Below are positions 31,839-62,018 of a stretch of DNA of 64,000 nt, one piece after another. Each line of letters begins with the position of its first letter. Positions within the stretch are counted from its first letter, which is position 1. The DNA is from Amoebidium appalachense (taxonomy: Eukaryota; Protista; Ichthyosporea): assembly GCA_963693365.1 (NCBI GenBank), contig CAVNZM010000011.1:2771098-2835097 (forward strand), in the 5' to 3' direction. Position numbers and translations under genes: made by a program. Under the pieces are notes generated by a model. That model saw only the letters and a program-made list of their open reading frames with translations, made no database searches and had not been told where the DNA came from.

Positions 31839-32356
31839 ATGGACAAGACCAAGAAAATGGGGGAGACCGCAGCAGACGCTGCCAAGACCACTGGCCGCAT
31901 ATTCAGGGCCCACCCAGAGACGGTCGGAATTTTCATCGTCACTGGTTTGAACCCCCCCCCCAGCCCCCCCTCCCCCCCTCCCCCCCCCCCCCCCCCCCCG
32001 GCCAAACACACACACACACACACACACACAGAGACCCCCCCCCCCCCCCCCCCTTTTTTTTTTTTCTTTTGATCTTTTTTTTAAAAAGAAAAAAATCCAC
32101 CACCATGGCCACAGGCCACCACCGTTACCACCTCACAAGCACACACCCAAATACCCACAACTCGTTCCACATCTCTACCCGTGTGTATAGAGCCGAGCCT
32201 CCCTTTCCCACCCCGCACTCTCTAGCCTAGCGCACTCCCACTTCTTCGATTAGATTCTCCAAATTTTCAACGCGATTCCAAAGATTTTATCCATCCCCAC
32301 TCCCCCCTCAGCAAAAATTAAAAATATCGTCTGTAATCTGGTTCCACAATAGCCCT

Positions 32357-32387
<31 letters not shown>

Positions 32388-32574
32388 CCCCCCCTCCCTC
32401 CCTCCCCCCTCTTGGTCCCCTCATCCTTGCTCCCCTACCACAAACATGCGCGAGTCCTGTGATTCACCCTTGGCATTCTTACGGATGTAGGATGGCACCG
32501 AGGTCTCTCACCGAAGTTGAAAGCTGTTGACTGAACATTTCCTTTATTTCACTCTTGATCATTGGCTCCCCCCC

Positions 32575-32605
<31 letters not shown>

Positions 32606-33572
32606 AAAAAAAAAAAAAAAGCTTTGCAAATTTTTTTTTAAAAAAGCTTAGGAACTCTTGTGATACCCCGTACCGTGACAAAACTCTTAGCCTCCCCCCC
32701 CCCCCCCCCCTCCCCCCCCTCCCCCCCCCCCAAAAAAAAAAAAAAAAAAAAAGAAGAAAAAGAAGAAAACACCCCGTGACAAAACTCTTAGCCTCCCCCC
32801 CCCCCCCCCCCCTCCCCCCCCCCCCCCCAAAAAAAAAAAAAAAAGAAGAAGAAAAAGAAGAAAAAGAAAAAGAAAAGAAAGGGAAAAGGAAAACGAAAGA
32901 AAAGAATAAAGAAAAGAAAAAACTGGAAAAATACTCTCTTCCCCTCTTGGACACCTCTTCACTGGTGCCGTCCTTTTGAATCTACTCTGCATAGCCTACT
33001 TTGTGGTTAGTGCAAACCCCCCTTCCCCCCCCCTTCCCCCCCCCCCCCCTCCAGAGCCACCACCACAGCCACTACACTCTTTCACGCCCCCCTCCCTCCC
33101 CCCTCCCCCCCTCCCGCTCCTCTCTCTCCCCATGGTTTTTGGGTAATTTCTTCCTCAACTCCTCATTCCCCGCACTATTTCAACACTTCTCTCAACGTGC
33201 ACATTTTTTTCATGATGACGTGGTCTAATTCTGATATAACTATGCCCTCTAGCCGGCAGCTTGTACTATTTTGCTAGCTGGCTCTACCCCGGGCTGCACC
33301 CCAAGGCCATCTGGACCCGCACATTCTCCACCCACAGAGGCGCAGAGTACGAAGACACACCGGAGAGGTACGGTACAAGGAATACTATAGGGCATTGGGT
33401 GTGTTTTTTTGTGTGTTTTGTTGATGGTGGGGGGAAATATCAGTTTCACACTCTTGGGAATGTAGCTTCTTTGTTTTTATTGTTTTTATGTGAAGTATAT
33501 ATCTTCTTTGTTTTTATTGTTTTTATGTGAAGTATATCGCTGTTAATTCTTTTCTTGGGCCTCCCGGGGGCG

Positions 33573-33605
<33 letters not shown>

Positions 33606-33615
33606 TTTTTTTTTT

Positions 33616-33646
<31 letters not shown>

Positions 33647-33872
33647 GGGGGGAGGAGGAGGATTAGCGAAGCTGCTTCTGGTTTTTTTTTTGTTTTTTTT
33701 TTTGGAAGTTTTCCCAGTCTCTCAGTTAATTTAGTTGTTACTTTTTTTCTTCATTTCCTCCATTTCTCTCTGTTCCGGTTTTTTTTTTCTTCTCAAGTCC
33801 CCCCCTCCCCCTCCCCCCCCCCCCCCCCCCCCCCTCCCTCTTTCATTCCGCTCTTTCCTCCCTTTTTTTTTT

Positions 33873-33903
<31 letters not shown>

Positions 33904-34820
33904 GGGAGGGGGAGCGGGGAGGGGGGGAGGGCGGAGAAGGGGGGGGGGGGGGGGGTGGGGGGCACTAGGGGGAGGGGGGTGGGGGAATACTTACGGTGAA
34001 TACGATGACAGGGTTTATTTCTCTTGAATTGAAACAGTCTTTCCAAATCTAAGCTGTTGTCGGTGTCTGAATGTGCATGACTTGGTCACTGCCATCTTTG
34101 GGTGCGTGTGCGTGCGTAAGTGTATGCGCATGTGTCTGTGTGTGAACCCAAAGAGGGTTTAGTCACTAGGCTTCTTTTTGTGCCACTGTATGTGTATGTA
34201 TGCGTATGGGTATGTGCGTGTTTGTGTGTCTGTGTTGAACTTCGTGCGTGTGTGTGAACGGCTTTCGGTGTTCGTGATGGTGGTGGTAGTGTTAAGCCTC
34301 ATCGTGAAACAGCCTTTGATATCTAATTCATTTCCCCTTCTTACACTACTATGATTGGGCAGCTATTTAAAAACTACACGCACAGCCCATGCACACTCAC
34401 CACCGTATGGCTTTCCTTTTTCTAACCCAATCCGGGTTTTTTCCCCTTGATCCCGTTCCCCCCTTCCCCTCCTTTCCCCCCCCCCCTCCCCCCGAGTTCC
34501 CCCCCTCCTGCTCCTTTCCTTCCACTTTAACCTCCACCCCTTCATTCACGTGGTTGTCCTTTTCCCCTGGAATCCCCCCCCCCCCTCCCCCCCCCCCCCC
34601 CCCCCCCCCCCTCCCCCCCCCCTTCGCGGAGTCCCCGCCTGCCCGGCTTCACACTCCCACGCTCTTGCAACAAATACCAAAAAAAAAAAAAACATGCAGG
34701 CGTGCCATCACCGGGCGTCCCTACTCGAGTGAGGACCACATCCGTGAGCCCGACCGTCGGCCCCCACCAATCAACGAACATGACCCACGCCCCCCTCAGG
34801 CTGTGCCCGGCAAGAATTGA
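31839..34820 (+). CDS. Small single-pass membrane protein (~113 aa), possibly NDUFA4/B12D-like; exons 31839-31944, 33253-33367, 34700-34820
   Basis: Three GT-AG exons join in frame: MDKTKK...IFRAHPETVGIFIVTAGSLYYFASWLYPGLHPKAIWTR...PQAVPGKN*. The family assignment is by-eye only. Confidence 0.7.
32673..32850. repeat. ~100-bp direct repeat (ccgtgacaaaactcttagcct + Cn + An) x2
   Basis: An identical 21-mer occurs at ~32673 and ~32774, each followed by poly-C then poly-A. Confidence 0.8.
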
Positions 34821-35002
34821 GTTAGATGGGAGTTAGGCAACACACATTTGTATGGCCATTATGGTTGGAGATAGTAAATGAGTCAGACAGTGTTTCGCAA
34901 AGTTATGCAGTGTGGGGAGGAGTGAGGCGTGCTTTGCAGATGAACACCAGCTTGCAAATTCGGTGTGCCCGTGGGTTTTTTTTTCTTTCTTTTTTTTTTT
35001 TT

Positions 35003-35056
<54 letters not shown>

Positions 35057-35063
35057 GTCCATG

Positions 35064-35099
<36 letters not shown>

Positions 35100-35297
35100 A
35101 ACTGATGTCCTTATCAGCGCATCATATGAGCCTCTCATCAACTTCACATGATTACAAAAAAATAAGAAGGATGTAAGCAGAGTTATCTTTACTGAGTTCA
35201 TGTGGGTGCAGCTGCAGACTAGCATGTGCCAAAGCCTTGCATCATTGAACAGAGATATGTAAACCGTTGTTTAACGAATTTGTTTTACAAATTTGAA

Positions 35298-35356
35298 TAC
35301 TCAAGTCTGAAGAAAACAGGTGGGAGAGGTGGGCGGGGGAAGAGGAGCCGGGCGGG

Positions 35357-35429
<73 letters not shown>

Positions 35430-35803
35430 CGCTACAGGGTGGCCACGTAGGAGGCCTCCGGGGGGAGGCCTCTAGGAGCGGGGGGGGGCCGGGGGGGGGG
35501 GGGACGGGGGAAAAAGAGAGGGAGGGGGGGAAATATGAAGAATCTGTAAAGTAAGGATGAGGAGGGGATGAGATCTGAGGAGGGGAGGGGTTGGGGGGGG
35601 GGAGGGATCGGAGGGGAAGGGGGAAGTAGTTTGGACGGATCCGGAAAAGGGGGGGGGGAGGGGCAGGGGGGAGGAATGGGGGGTTCTGAAGGAAAAGGGC
35701 GAGGGGAGGAGATTAGAAGCTGGGGGGAGCCTCTGAGGAGATCTGAGGACTCAAGTTTGAAAAAAACAGGTGGGAGAGGTGGGCAGGGGTAGAGGTGCCG
35801 CCT

Positions 35804-35835
<32 letters not shown>

Positions 35836-36214
35836 GGCCCCACAAAAGGGGGGGGGGGGGGAGGGGGAGGGGGGGGGGCTACAGGGTGGCCACGTGGGAG
35901 GCCTCTAGGAGGGGGGAGAGGGGCGGTGGCGGGAGGGGGTGAAAAGAGAGGGAGGGGGGGGGGAAATCTGAAGATCCTTTAAAGTAAGGGTGAGGAGGGG
36001 ATGAGATCTAAGGAGGGAGGGGTTCAACTTGGGGGAGGAGGGATCGGAGAGGAAGGGGGAAGTAGTTTGGACGGAAAGGGGGCCAGGGGGGGAGGGGGGG
36101 GGGGGAGAAGGAGAGAGGGGGGGCTCTGAAGGAAATGGGCGAGGGGCGGAGATTAGAGGAGGATTAGAAGCTGGGGGGAGTAGAAGCTGGGGAGAGATCT
36201 GAGGAGATCTGAGG
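35298..36214. repeat. Diverged ~450-bp purine-rich tandem duplication
   Basis: The same ordered motifs occur twice: actcaagt.tgaa..aaacaggtgggagaggtgggc, gctacagggtggccacgt, aaagtaagg, gggaagtagtttggacgga, ggattagaagctgggggga, gaggagatctgagg. Confidence 0.8.
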
Positions 36215-38307
36215 GCGGAGGGGTGCACGTGCACAGGGGAAGGGGGTGGAGGGCACGGATCCAGAGGGGGGGGGTCCATTCCTTAAGCGTGTATAAGAGC
36301 CCGGGGTTCGGTTAGGTTCCTGATTAAGATTTTTGGCCAAGAATTTAAATTTGAAAAATAAATAAACGGTAGCAAAAATCAACAACTAAGAAACAATTAT
36401 TTTTGCATACACATAACTGGACTTTGGAAGATGTAAAGCAAGTGCTAAATGTCACGAATCTCTGGTCTGCTGATACAGTACGGGTACGTAATGGTTGTCA
36501 ACTTGTCCATCCCATGCACCGGCAACGGTACGTCGGAATATCTCATTCATACACGGAATTTTGGAAGCCAAGAGCAACAGTGGCTTTCTAATTCTTGCTT
36601 CCATCGCAGTTGGTGCAATTTTTGTACATATGCTGAACTTTTTAATTGAAAGCATGTTGATAGGTGTGAGTTTTTTTATGTCGCGTTTTGCCTCTTTCCC
36701 TACGGGTGTCTGCTACATGTGTACATGTACACTGGCTGGCAATGTGAACACTTCAGACTTTTTGTTGAATTCTGCTGGTCGTCATATTGAGTAGATGATG
36801 TTCACACCGTGTTCAGGTATCTCAGTATGCACTTGTTACTGGATAACTCGTGACGTTTTTATTGCCTCCTACATATAAGCATGCCGTGCATACTTGCATT
36901 CTTTTTGTGCATATCTTTCCGTTGAATAAATCCAGTCAAACTCTGAGCAGACTGAGGAAAAAAAAACATTCAAAATAGGCCGATCACAAGCCTCGTTACA
37001 AAAAGTCGTGGGGGACTCAGACCAAGTAATTTCAGCCAATTAGAGGATCCCCAAGCACATACCGTTAAGCTGGGAGCAAAAAAGCCATTAGACATGAGGG
37101 GTTCTCAAAAAAGTTTTGAACAAGTTTCACCGTCAATTGCATGATTGAATTGTCATCTAATTAAGAAATTTAAAAATTTAGTTTCTGTTTCCCACATTAG
37201 TTCTCATCCATTTGTGGATATTCCTTATCTAGATTATACTCTATCTATGAATATGAATGGGGCCGGTCCCACGGACCACAACCGTGGTGCAACGCCACGT
37301 GCGAGTTGTGACCGAGCCCAATTGTTTTTTTTTGCCGCGCTCCTGATTGGCTCGCTTTAATTGGTCGACTCAATCAATGTGGGATAACGGTCCGTTTACC
37401 GTGAAGATCCCATTTGCCAAGGCTAAATTCATAAACACAGTAAGAGGGAAGAGGGTAAAAAGCAAAAACCAGCAAGTGGGCATAATCGATTATATATATG
37501 TATTAATTTGCAGGTGATTTTATTCTTCTATGCCATACAAATTGAAAAGAGCAAGGGAGATTACGGCACGCGCAACCCATGGGTAGCGTCATCAGTCCAT
37601 AGGATTGCAATAGCCTTCTCATTCGATTCGAACCAGGTCAGGAGAACCGAGGTCGGTTCGAGCCAAACATTTTTACATATATCTGGTTGCCCTTGCTTTC
37701 ACCACAGAAGGAAGAATAAAATGTGTGCTAAAAGTTGAGGTTTATTTTCAGTATGTTGAACATCTCGCGCTAGGTTTTGGGGATTGCTGCAGCCATGCAC
37801 GACACTCCCGTTGACTTGACAGCTATTTTTAGAACTTTTTACGCTGCTTTCAGGCGGTTCGGGTCAACAAGAAGAATACATAAACTGGCCCGCCAAATTC
37901 ATTATAAATGCAATCTGGGGTGGATAAATTTAGCCTCCAGCACTTCGCCGTGACTTCGGCGAGTGCGACCGTCAGACAAAAACAAAGTTGGTTTCTGGGC
38001 TAAACGTTGAATACACAGGCCGAAGTGTTATTGCATAGCCTTCATGGTTCCACAATAATCTGTAGTGGAGTCTCTGGAGCTCGAGGTAGGCGCTTACAGT
38101 TTTACCTCTGTAGCCCTACTGTTGTCCTTTCTGGCCACCACCTTCCTTGCTTGGTGGTCATAATGCCTGCAGGAGATTTACAGCGGTCATGTTTTCACCA
38201 GAGGAGAACAAACAGTAGCACTACCAAAAGATACGCACAATTCAATTAGGCGCTGGTGTATTGGGCGGTGTATACGCCATAACGGCGTAGTTTTTTCCCC
38301 TTAGAGA

Positions 38308-38761
38308 ATGCGCGCCAATCTTCTGTCACTGCTTGCAGGTACGACAGTTTTCATTTCCACCGTGTGCCCAAGCCATGCGCGTCGTAGTCAAGCTTCAGTG
38401 CCCACTCGCTGTCACGACCTTCGAGATGAATCTGCGTGTGAGCGACTTATTGCCGAATATGGCTGTGATAGCGAGCACGTGGTGAATGTGTGCGCACGCA
38501 TGTGCCACGCTTGCACAGATGTGTGCGCGGAGGATTATGATGGTTGCCACCCTGCGTGTGCGGAAAAGGGTAGGAACGCAAAGTGCTGTGATGCCCTTTA
38601 TACGGAGGTTTGTAGCGAGGTGAGGTCGCGCGGGTATTGCAAAGAGCAACATCCAAAACGTTGGGTGGGACTGGCACTCTGTCAAGAGACCTGCAAGCTG
38701 TGCAACATAGCCACGGAAAAGAGTAAGTCCTCCCTCCCCCCCCTTCCGCCCCCTCCCCCCT

Positions 38762-38794
<33 letters not shown>

Positions 38795-39595
38795 ACCACC
38801 ACCTACCTGCGCGCCCTCGTTCGAAACCTCAAGAATACGTGCTTGCCGCTGTTTGTTTGTGCTGTTCGTGTACATCGTCTACTAGCCATACCTACCTAAG
38901 ATATATTATTGAGATCGAAGAGTTTTATTGAGAGCCGTGTTGCTCGAATATATTACCGTGTGCCATGCATGTGTGTAGTGCATGTTTGCCGTACTGCACG
39001 CCTGCGCTCAAAAAATGTGTTCCCTTTTTGCTTGTACTTGGCTGCGAATGTTCAATGGCTAGGAATCGTACTGATTCCAACTTATCCTTAGCTCACGTGA
39101 CTCTGGGATATGCAATCGGAAGTCATAACACTATTGCATGACGTCAAATACGACGAAGTTTTGCAATGAAAAGGAAAAGAAGCACTTGTGAGCAAATGGA
39201 AAGGCGATTAGCGGGAAGGAATAGAGGGCCGCAGAGGCGACCGAAAATAACATTTCTTCACGGTTTCGTTTGCAGACCAGAACTCCCAGAAGATGCCTAT
39301 AGCACCCTTGCATATCAACAACAAAAAGGAGAGGGATAAGAAGGAGAAAAAAAGAAAGAAGAAGCAAACTTTATGCTGTCCTTTTACAACGCAGTGCGAT
39401 TTATCTTTGCTTCTAACCTCTTTGTTCCTTCCCTTCCTCTTCCCATCCATTTACCTCTTTTCCCTCTCCAATTTAGGCTGGAAACCACCAGCCAAGTTTG
39501 CCTATGACCCGCGATTCTCAACATCATTTGTAGACGATTCACCTTCGGCACCGGCAAAAATTGCATATGCTAAGTACATCGAGCAGAAGGGTGCG

Positions 39596-39630
<35 letters not shown>

Positions 39631-40118
39631 TTTCCACCTGTTCTGTCAGTTGGCTATGGTTGCTCTCACCATACAACCCTTCTAAGCATCCTTTCCCTTT
39701 TTTTCGCTCCCTTGCCTTTTCCCACTGCTTCTAATTCTTCTTGTTTCTTTTTGTCTTGTCTTCTTTTTCTTCTTTTTCTTCTTGCTCTTTCCCAACATTT
39801 GCCTTATTCGTTTTTTCATAGGTTGGGAGCCGCCAGTCAAGTCCGCCGACGAACCTCGGGCGTTCTGGAAATCAAGCAACGGTCTTGTGATGGATGAAAT
39901 TTACCCTGACTCTGACGTGAGGTACCTCCCATCATCAGAGCATAGGCAGGGAGGTCGCAAACACAACCAGAAAAATGCGCAAACTTGGAATAATGACGAC
40001 GGAAAATCCGCATACGAAGATGTCGAGCAAAAGGGTGTGGATCTCTGCCCCTCCTCCCCCCCGCCCCCCCGCCCCCCATCCCCCTCTCCCCCCCTCCCCC
40101 TGCTGTGGTGCTGCTTTG

Positions 40119-40173
<55 letters not shown>

Positions 40174-40381
40174 ACACATTCCCACGCACACACAAATAGA
40201 CACACGCACACACACACAAAAAAAAGGGTGGGGAGGGGGGGGGGGGGGGGGGGGGGGGGGCAGGGCTGCGCGGGGGGGGGGGGGGGGGGGGGGGGGGGGA
40301 GCAAAGTATTGTGCATGAGACCCCATTTTCTCAATCAGTTTTTTTGTAGAAAAAAATGTGCAAGACCGTGGTGGCTTTTTA

Positions 40382-40419
<38 letters not shown>

Positions 40420-41416
40420 ACCCCACAAAAAGAGGGGAAAAAAAAAAAAAAAAAAAAACCTCTCTCCGGGCCTGTCTTTTCCTTGCTTCCTTTTTGCTGT
40501 CATCAAGAGGAAGGCATGCAACACGACATTTGACAACATTCATATTTTTGCAGGGTCACGCAGCCACTCCAAGATTGAGGCCAAGGTGATGCTCCCGCAG
40601 GCCAAAATCCTACAGCCGGACCAGAAATTCGGTGTTGCCGAGCTATCAGAGGCGAAAATTCTACAACCCGACCAGAAATTTGGTGTTGCCGAGCTACCGG
40701 AGGCCAAAATTCTACAACCGGACCAGAAATTTGGCGTGGCGCAGCTACCGGAGGCTAAAATTCTACAGCCGGACCAGAAATTCGGTGTTGTTGAGCTATC
40801 GGAGGCCAAAATCCTTCAACCGGACCAGAAATTCGGTGTGGCGCAGCTACCGGAGGCCAAAATATTACAACCGGCCCAAAAATTCGGCGTTGCCGAGCTA
40901 CCGGAGGCGAAAATTCTACAACCCGACCAGAAATTCGGTGTTGCGGCGCTGCCGGAGGCCAAAATCCTACAGCCGGACCAGAAATTCAGCGTGGCATCTC
41001 CACGGGTCCTGGAAGGGAAAGACACACCTGCAGCCACGAGCCAACCAAGCGTCCCGGTTGCCGCGGACAATACAAGCAACGCTATAAACAACCAACTGCC
41101 CTGGTACACGTGGGTGATTGTGGGCTTTGGGGTTTTCATTTTGGTCGGGATTCCGATGTGTTGTTGCCTCCGATCGATCACTAATCGGCGAAGGGAGAAG
41201 CTCCAGAGAATGTCGGATCGGTACTATGGTATTGACGAGGCTAATCCCAAATCTTCGCTTCTGGCCAAAAGCTCCCTCTCGATGAAGGCCCAGGCTGCCG
41301 ACAACAATAATTCGTTCTCTGATGGGCCCCTAGCCAGAAGTTTGTCCAAAGATAGGCGAGATGCCGATTACAACACCGTGCTGTTTGATAGGAATGCTAG
41401 CCCCCATCAGTTCTAG
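38308..41416 (+). CDS. Type I membrane protein (~534 aa): signal peptide, two ShKT-like Cys domains, duplicated GWxPP exons, 8 x 17-aa repeats, TM plus Cys cluster, cytoplasmic tail; exons 38308-38722, 39477-39590, 39822-40034, 40554-41416
   Basis: Hydrophobic N-terminus; CxD..C..C..CxxxCxxC pattern twice (CARMCHAC, CQETCKLC); all introns phase 1 GT-AG; TM WYTWVIVGFGVFILVGIPMCCCL followed by basic RRREK. Confidence 0.8.
40592..41000 (+). repeat. Coding 51-bp tandem repeat x8 (EAKILQPDQKFGVAELP)
   Basis: Eight units; most nucleotide differences are synonymous third-position changes. Confidence 0.95.
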
Positions 41417-41526
41417 GTTGTAGATCATTGAATTATTGCATATGTTGTCTTTGGTCTGTTGTGCATGTGTATCATCTAAGTTTATATCATAAAAATGGTG
41501 GGCCTGTTTTAGGTTATCATGACTTG

Positions 41527-41527
<1 letters not shown>

Positions 41528-41570
<43 letters not shown>
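41528..41570. repeat. (AT)n microsatellite in the putative 3'UTR
   Basis: Direct reading. Confidence 0.95.
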
Positions 41571-41573
<3 letters not shown>

Positions 41574-42132
41574 TCATTGGTTGGTCTTTGATTTGGTTCT
41601 CTTGTACCATTATCCAGTTTGTTGGTGTGCTGATATATACCACAGTGTGATATGCATGAGTGGCTTTAGGTTGAAGTAAAAAAGAGCAAATAAATTCACG
41701 ATATGCATCAAAGATGAAACATGCGGAGGCACGAATTCTTGCAAAACCGGCCGGAGAAAGATAAGGCCCTAGCACCAGCATGCGTCATGATCATGATGCA
41801 CGATCATAAATTTCCATTCGTGTAAATTTCCATTCGTGAATTTGCAATCGTGAAGCATAGAGACTGACACACGTGCACCCATGAATTAATGCACACTCCC
41901 ACACGAATGCGCATGGATGTGCAGTGTTTGTCAACTGGTTCACGCAAAGACTTACTTTTGTCCCTGTGAACCCAATTGCACTTTAGATTTGCCACGGCTC
42001 TAACTACTTTGGCAACCCCGATCTTGCGTAAACCTTTCGTGCGCAAGAATGATAGTGCCGGTGTGTGTGCGCACATGTGCACACGTGTGTCTAAGCGTGC
42101 GCGCACACACACACACACAATGCTCACACACA

Positions 42133-42195
<63 letters not shown>

Positions 42196-42740
42196 ACACA
42201 CACACACACACACACACATCCGGCCCCAGAGCATTCGTTTCTTTCGAATTGGCATCCAATGTTTTCCCTTTCATATTGCTTATCGTTCACATCCCAGTTC
42301 AACCACTGTCCACAGAGCCACCGGGTAGCCTAGATTGCTTTGCGCAGTTTAAGTGTGAGTTTCGCACCCACAACGGAGTTGTCGATGGCCTCACAGACAC
42401 ATGTGCACACCTGCAGAGACGGTGCATGTAAATGCATCGGCACACACACGAACACACAAATACGCACGCACACACGGAACACACGCAAAAATGTGTACAC
42501 AAACACACATTTGTACACAAACACACACATACACACGTACACGTCCGCAGAACGCGTACGCGCACACGCACACACACTTTGTGTCCCCCCCCCCCCCTCC
42601 CCCTCCCCCCCCCCCTTCAAACACGCACACACTGTGACTGTGTGTATGATCTCCTATTTCTATTTTTTTGTCCTTTCTGCACTGTCACTCTTTTCTCTCT
42701 CACTTCTCCCCCCCCCCCCCCCCCCCCTGCTCCCTCGAGC

Positions 42741-42774
<34 letters not shown>

Positions 42775-42785
42775 TTTCATCTGCT

Positions 42786-42895
42786 GAAATTGCCGAGCCT
42801 CATTCTCTCCGGATCCTGGCTCTCACTATGTCAGAGTGATTGATGTGTGTGAGAGTGAGAGCGAGGATCCGGAGAGAATGAGGCTCGGTAATTTC
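42786..42895. repeat. 110-nt inverted repeat (42-bp arms, 26-nt loop); MITE-like or hairpin RNA
   Basis: gaaattgccgagcctcattctctccggatcctggctctcact versus agtgagagcgaggatccggagagaatgaggctcggtaatttc: 40/42 Watson-Crick, one G-U and one mismatch. Confidence 0.9.
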
Positions 42896-42984
42896 CCACC
42901 CAAAAAAAATGAAGTGACGGGTAGCCTAGCATTTTGGAAAAACGAATATTAGCAAATACCGTATCACTAAATCGCTATCTCTAT

Positions 42985-44550
<1,566 letters not shown>

Positions 44551-46166
44551 CCATGTATCTTTCTCACGAACATTCGTATCAAACTTGGCCTAGACGCTGC
44601 TTTTCTTTCTGTGGTAATAAAACCATGACGTTTGCCAATCATCACTATGGACTCTAGTAGTGGTATTAAGGCCCATGGGTAATGCACTGAAAATGAATGC
44701 AGGCCGCAACCGACCATGAAAGCTTTGTTTTATTTTTGAAGTTGCCGCCAAAAGACTGTCAACTCTAATTGGAGTAGCTCATTATCCACATGCACATGAT
44801 TGGACAGAGAAGTTATCTATAGCCTTTTATGGAAATGTTGCTGATAAAAATGGCCCCTGCGAGTGGTGGCTGCTTTTCAAAGTAATCATGCTCCGATTGG
44901 CTTAACTAAAAGTCAACCGAGCATGAGGATCTTTGTGGACAGAGATTATCAGTAGACATGATCGGCAAGAATTGTGGGTAAAAACAGCAGAGAGGTCATT
45001 TTTATGAATTATAAATTTTTTAATTTAGAAATTAGAAGAGAGAAATGCAAGCAATTTGTAAGCCAGCTTCAATAATATCCTATGTGACCGTTCCATACTC
45101 AAGACAACGGCTTGGAAACGAAGAGGTGGGTAAACGTATATGATTTGACAATAATCACTATACCCTCAGAACCTTTAGGTTGATTGGATCGTGCCGCTTG
45201 AAAGGCATCTAGGAGGTAAACATAGTGGCAAATCCAGCATGTTTATCTCCAGCCTATAAAATGTATTAGCATCAGCCTGATCAGGACACTTACAGTCCTT
45301 TATAAAACATAGCCTTTATAATATATTAATAAAGTCATAAATGTTTAGCGTTTTAAAATTACATATAATCACCTACAGTTTTGAAACGAGCGTCTTGTTT
45401 TCAAATATTCGAAATTCGAAGAGAGAAAGAATTCTTACCCTTTCACCGTTTTCTTGTTATATCAACAGAATTTGAATCTGACTCTCCCTAAACCAACATG
45501 GATTGTGTTCGGGCTGACTGTTCAAGGTTTCCAGTGTCACCGGGTGTAGGCGGACACTGCTTCCGACCCCGTTTTTCCGAAATGTAAGGCCCAGGGCCAC
45601 AAAGCACCTCCCCCACCATTTTTCTTTGACAAGCGTGCAATAAGCTACTATAATATCTTTTCTTCTTTTTTTAATTAGCACACCGAAACTAGGATTTTGT
45701 TGCGTCCCACCCAATACATTTCAAGGTCGAAACTGGGTTGGTGATCATTTTTAGCAACACACGATATATCAATAGGCAAAGGGGACACCATTTTAATGTT
45801 TCTTTGCAAACGCTACTAAAACAGAACGCAAATTATTTAGAAGGCAGCTGAAACATCAAACCAGTGGAAGAGAGCGTGTTGTAGAAAAATCACCTCGCTC
45901 GCATCTTACACAGTAATTCCATTTCAAAACACATTACACTTAAAACAACTTTCGACAGTGACATGGTGGTATTGTTCGTTGTTTCAATCGTCCATGTGCA
46001 AGGCATACAAACGAAACATACGCAGCATTGAGCCCACTAATTTTTAATCTCGGTAGGGATATATGCCTCCGTGTGTCACTTCCCGCCAGTTGTTATATAG
46101 TTATCAGCACACGTATACATATTCCATAATAACACCTAGACTGAACATCACAACAAACAACAACAA

Positions 46167-62018
<15,852 letters not shown>

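Noticed and set aside
37620-37665. tRNA-like or B-box element (tcgaacc...ggttcga)
   Set aside because: Only a short inverted repeat; no cloverleaf or A box.
40592-41000. CRISPR-like array
   Set aside because: Contiguous in-frame coding repeat with no unique spacers, in a eukaryotic context. The 39-bp and 87-bp minisatellites also lack spacers.
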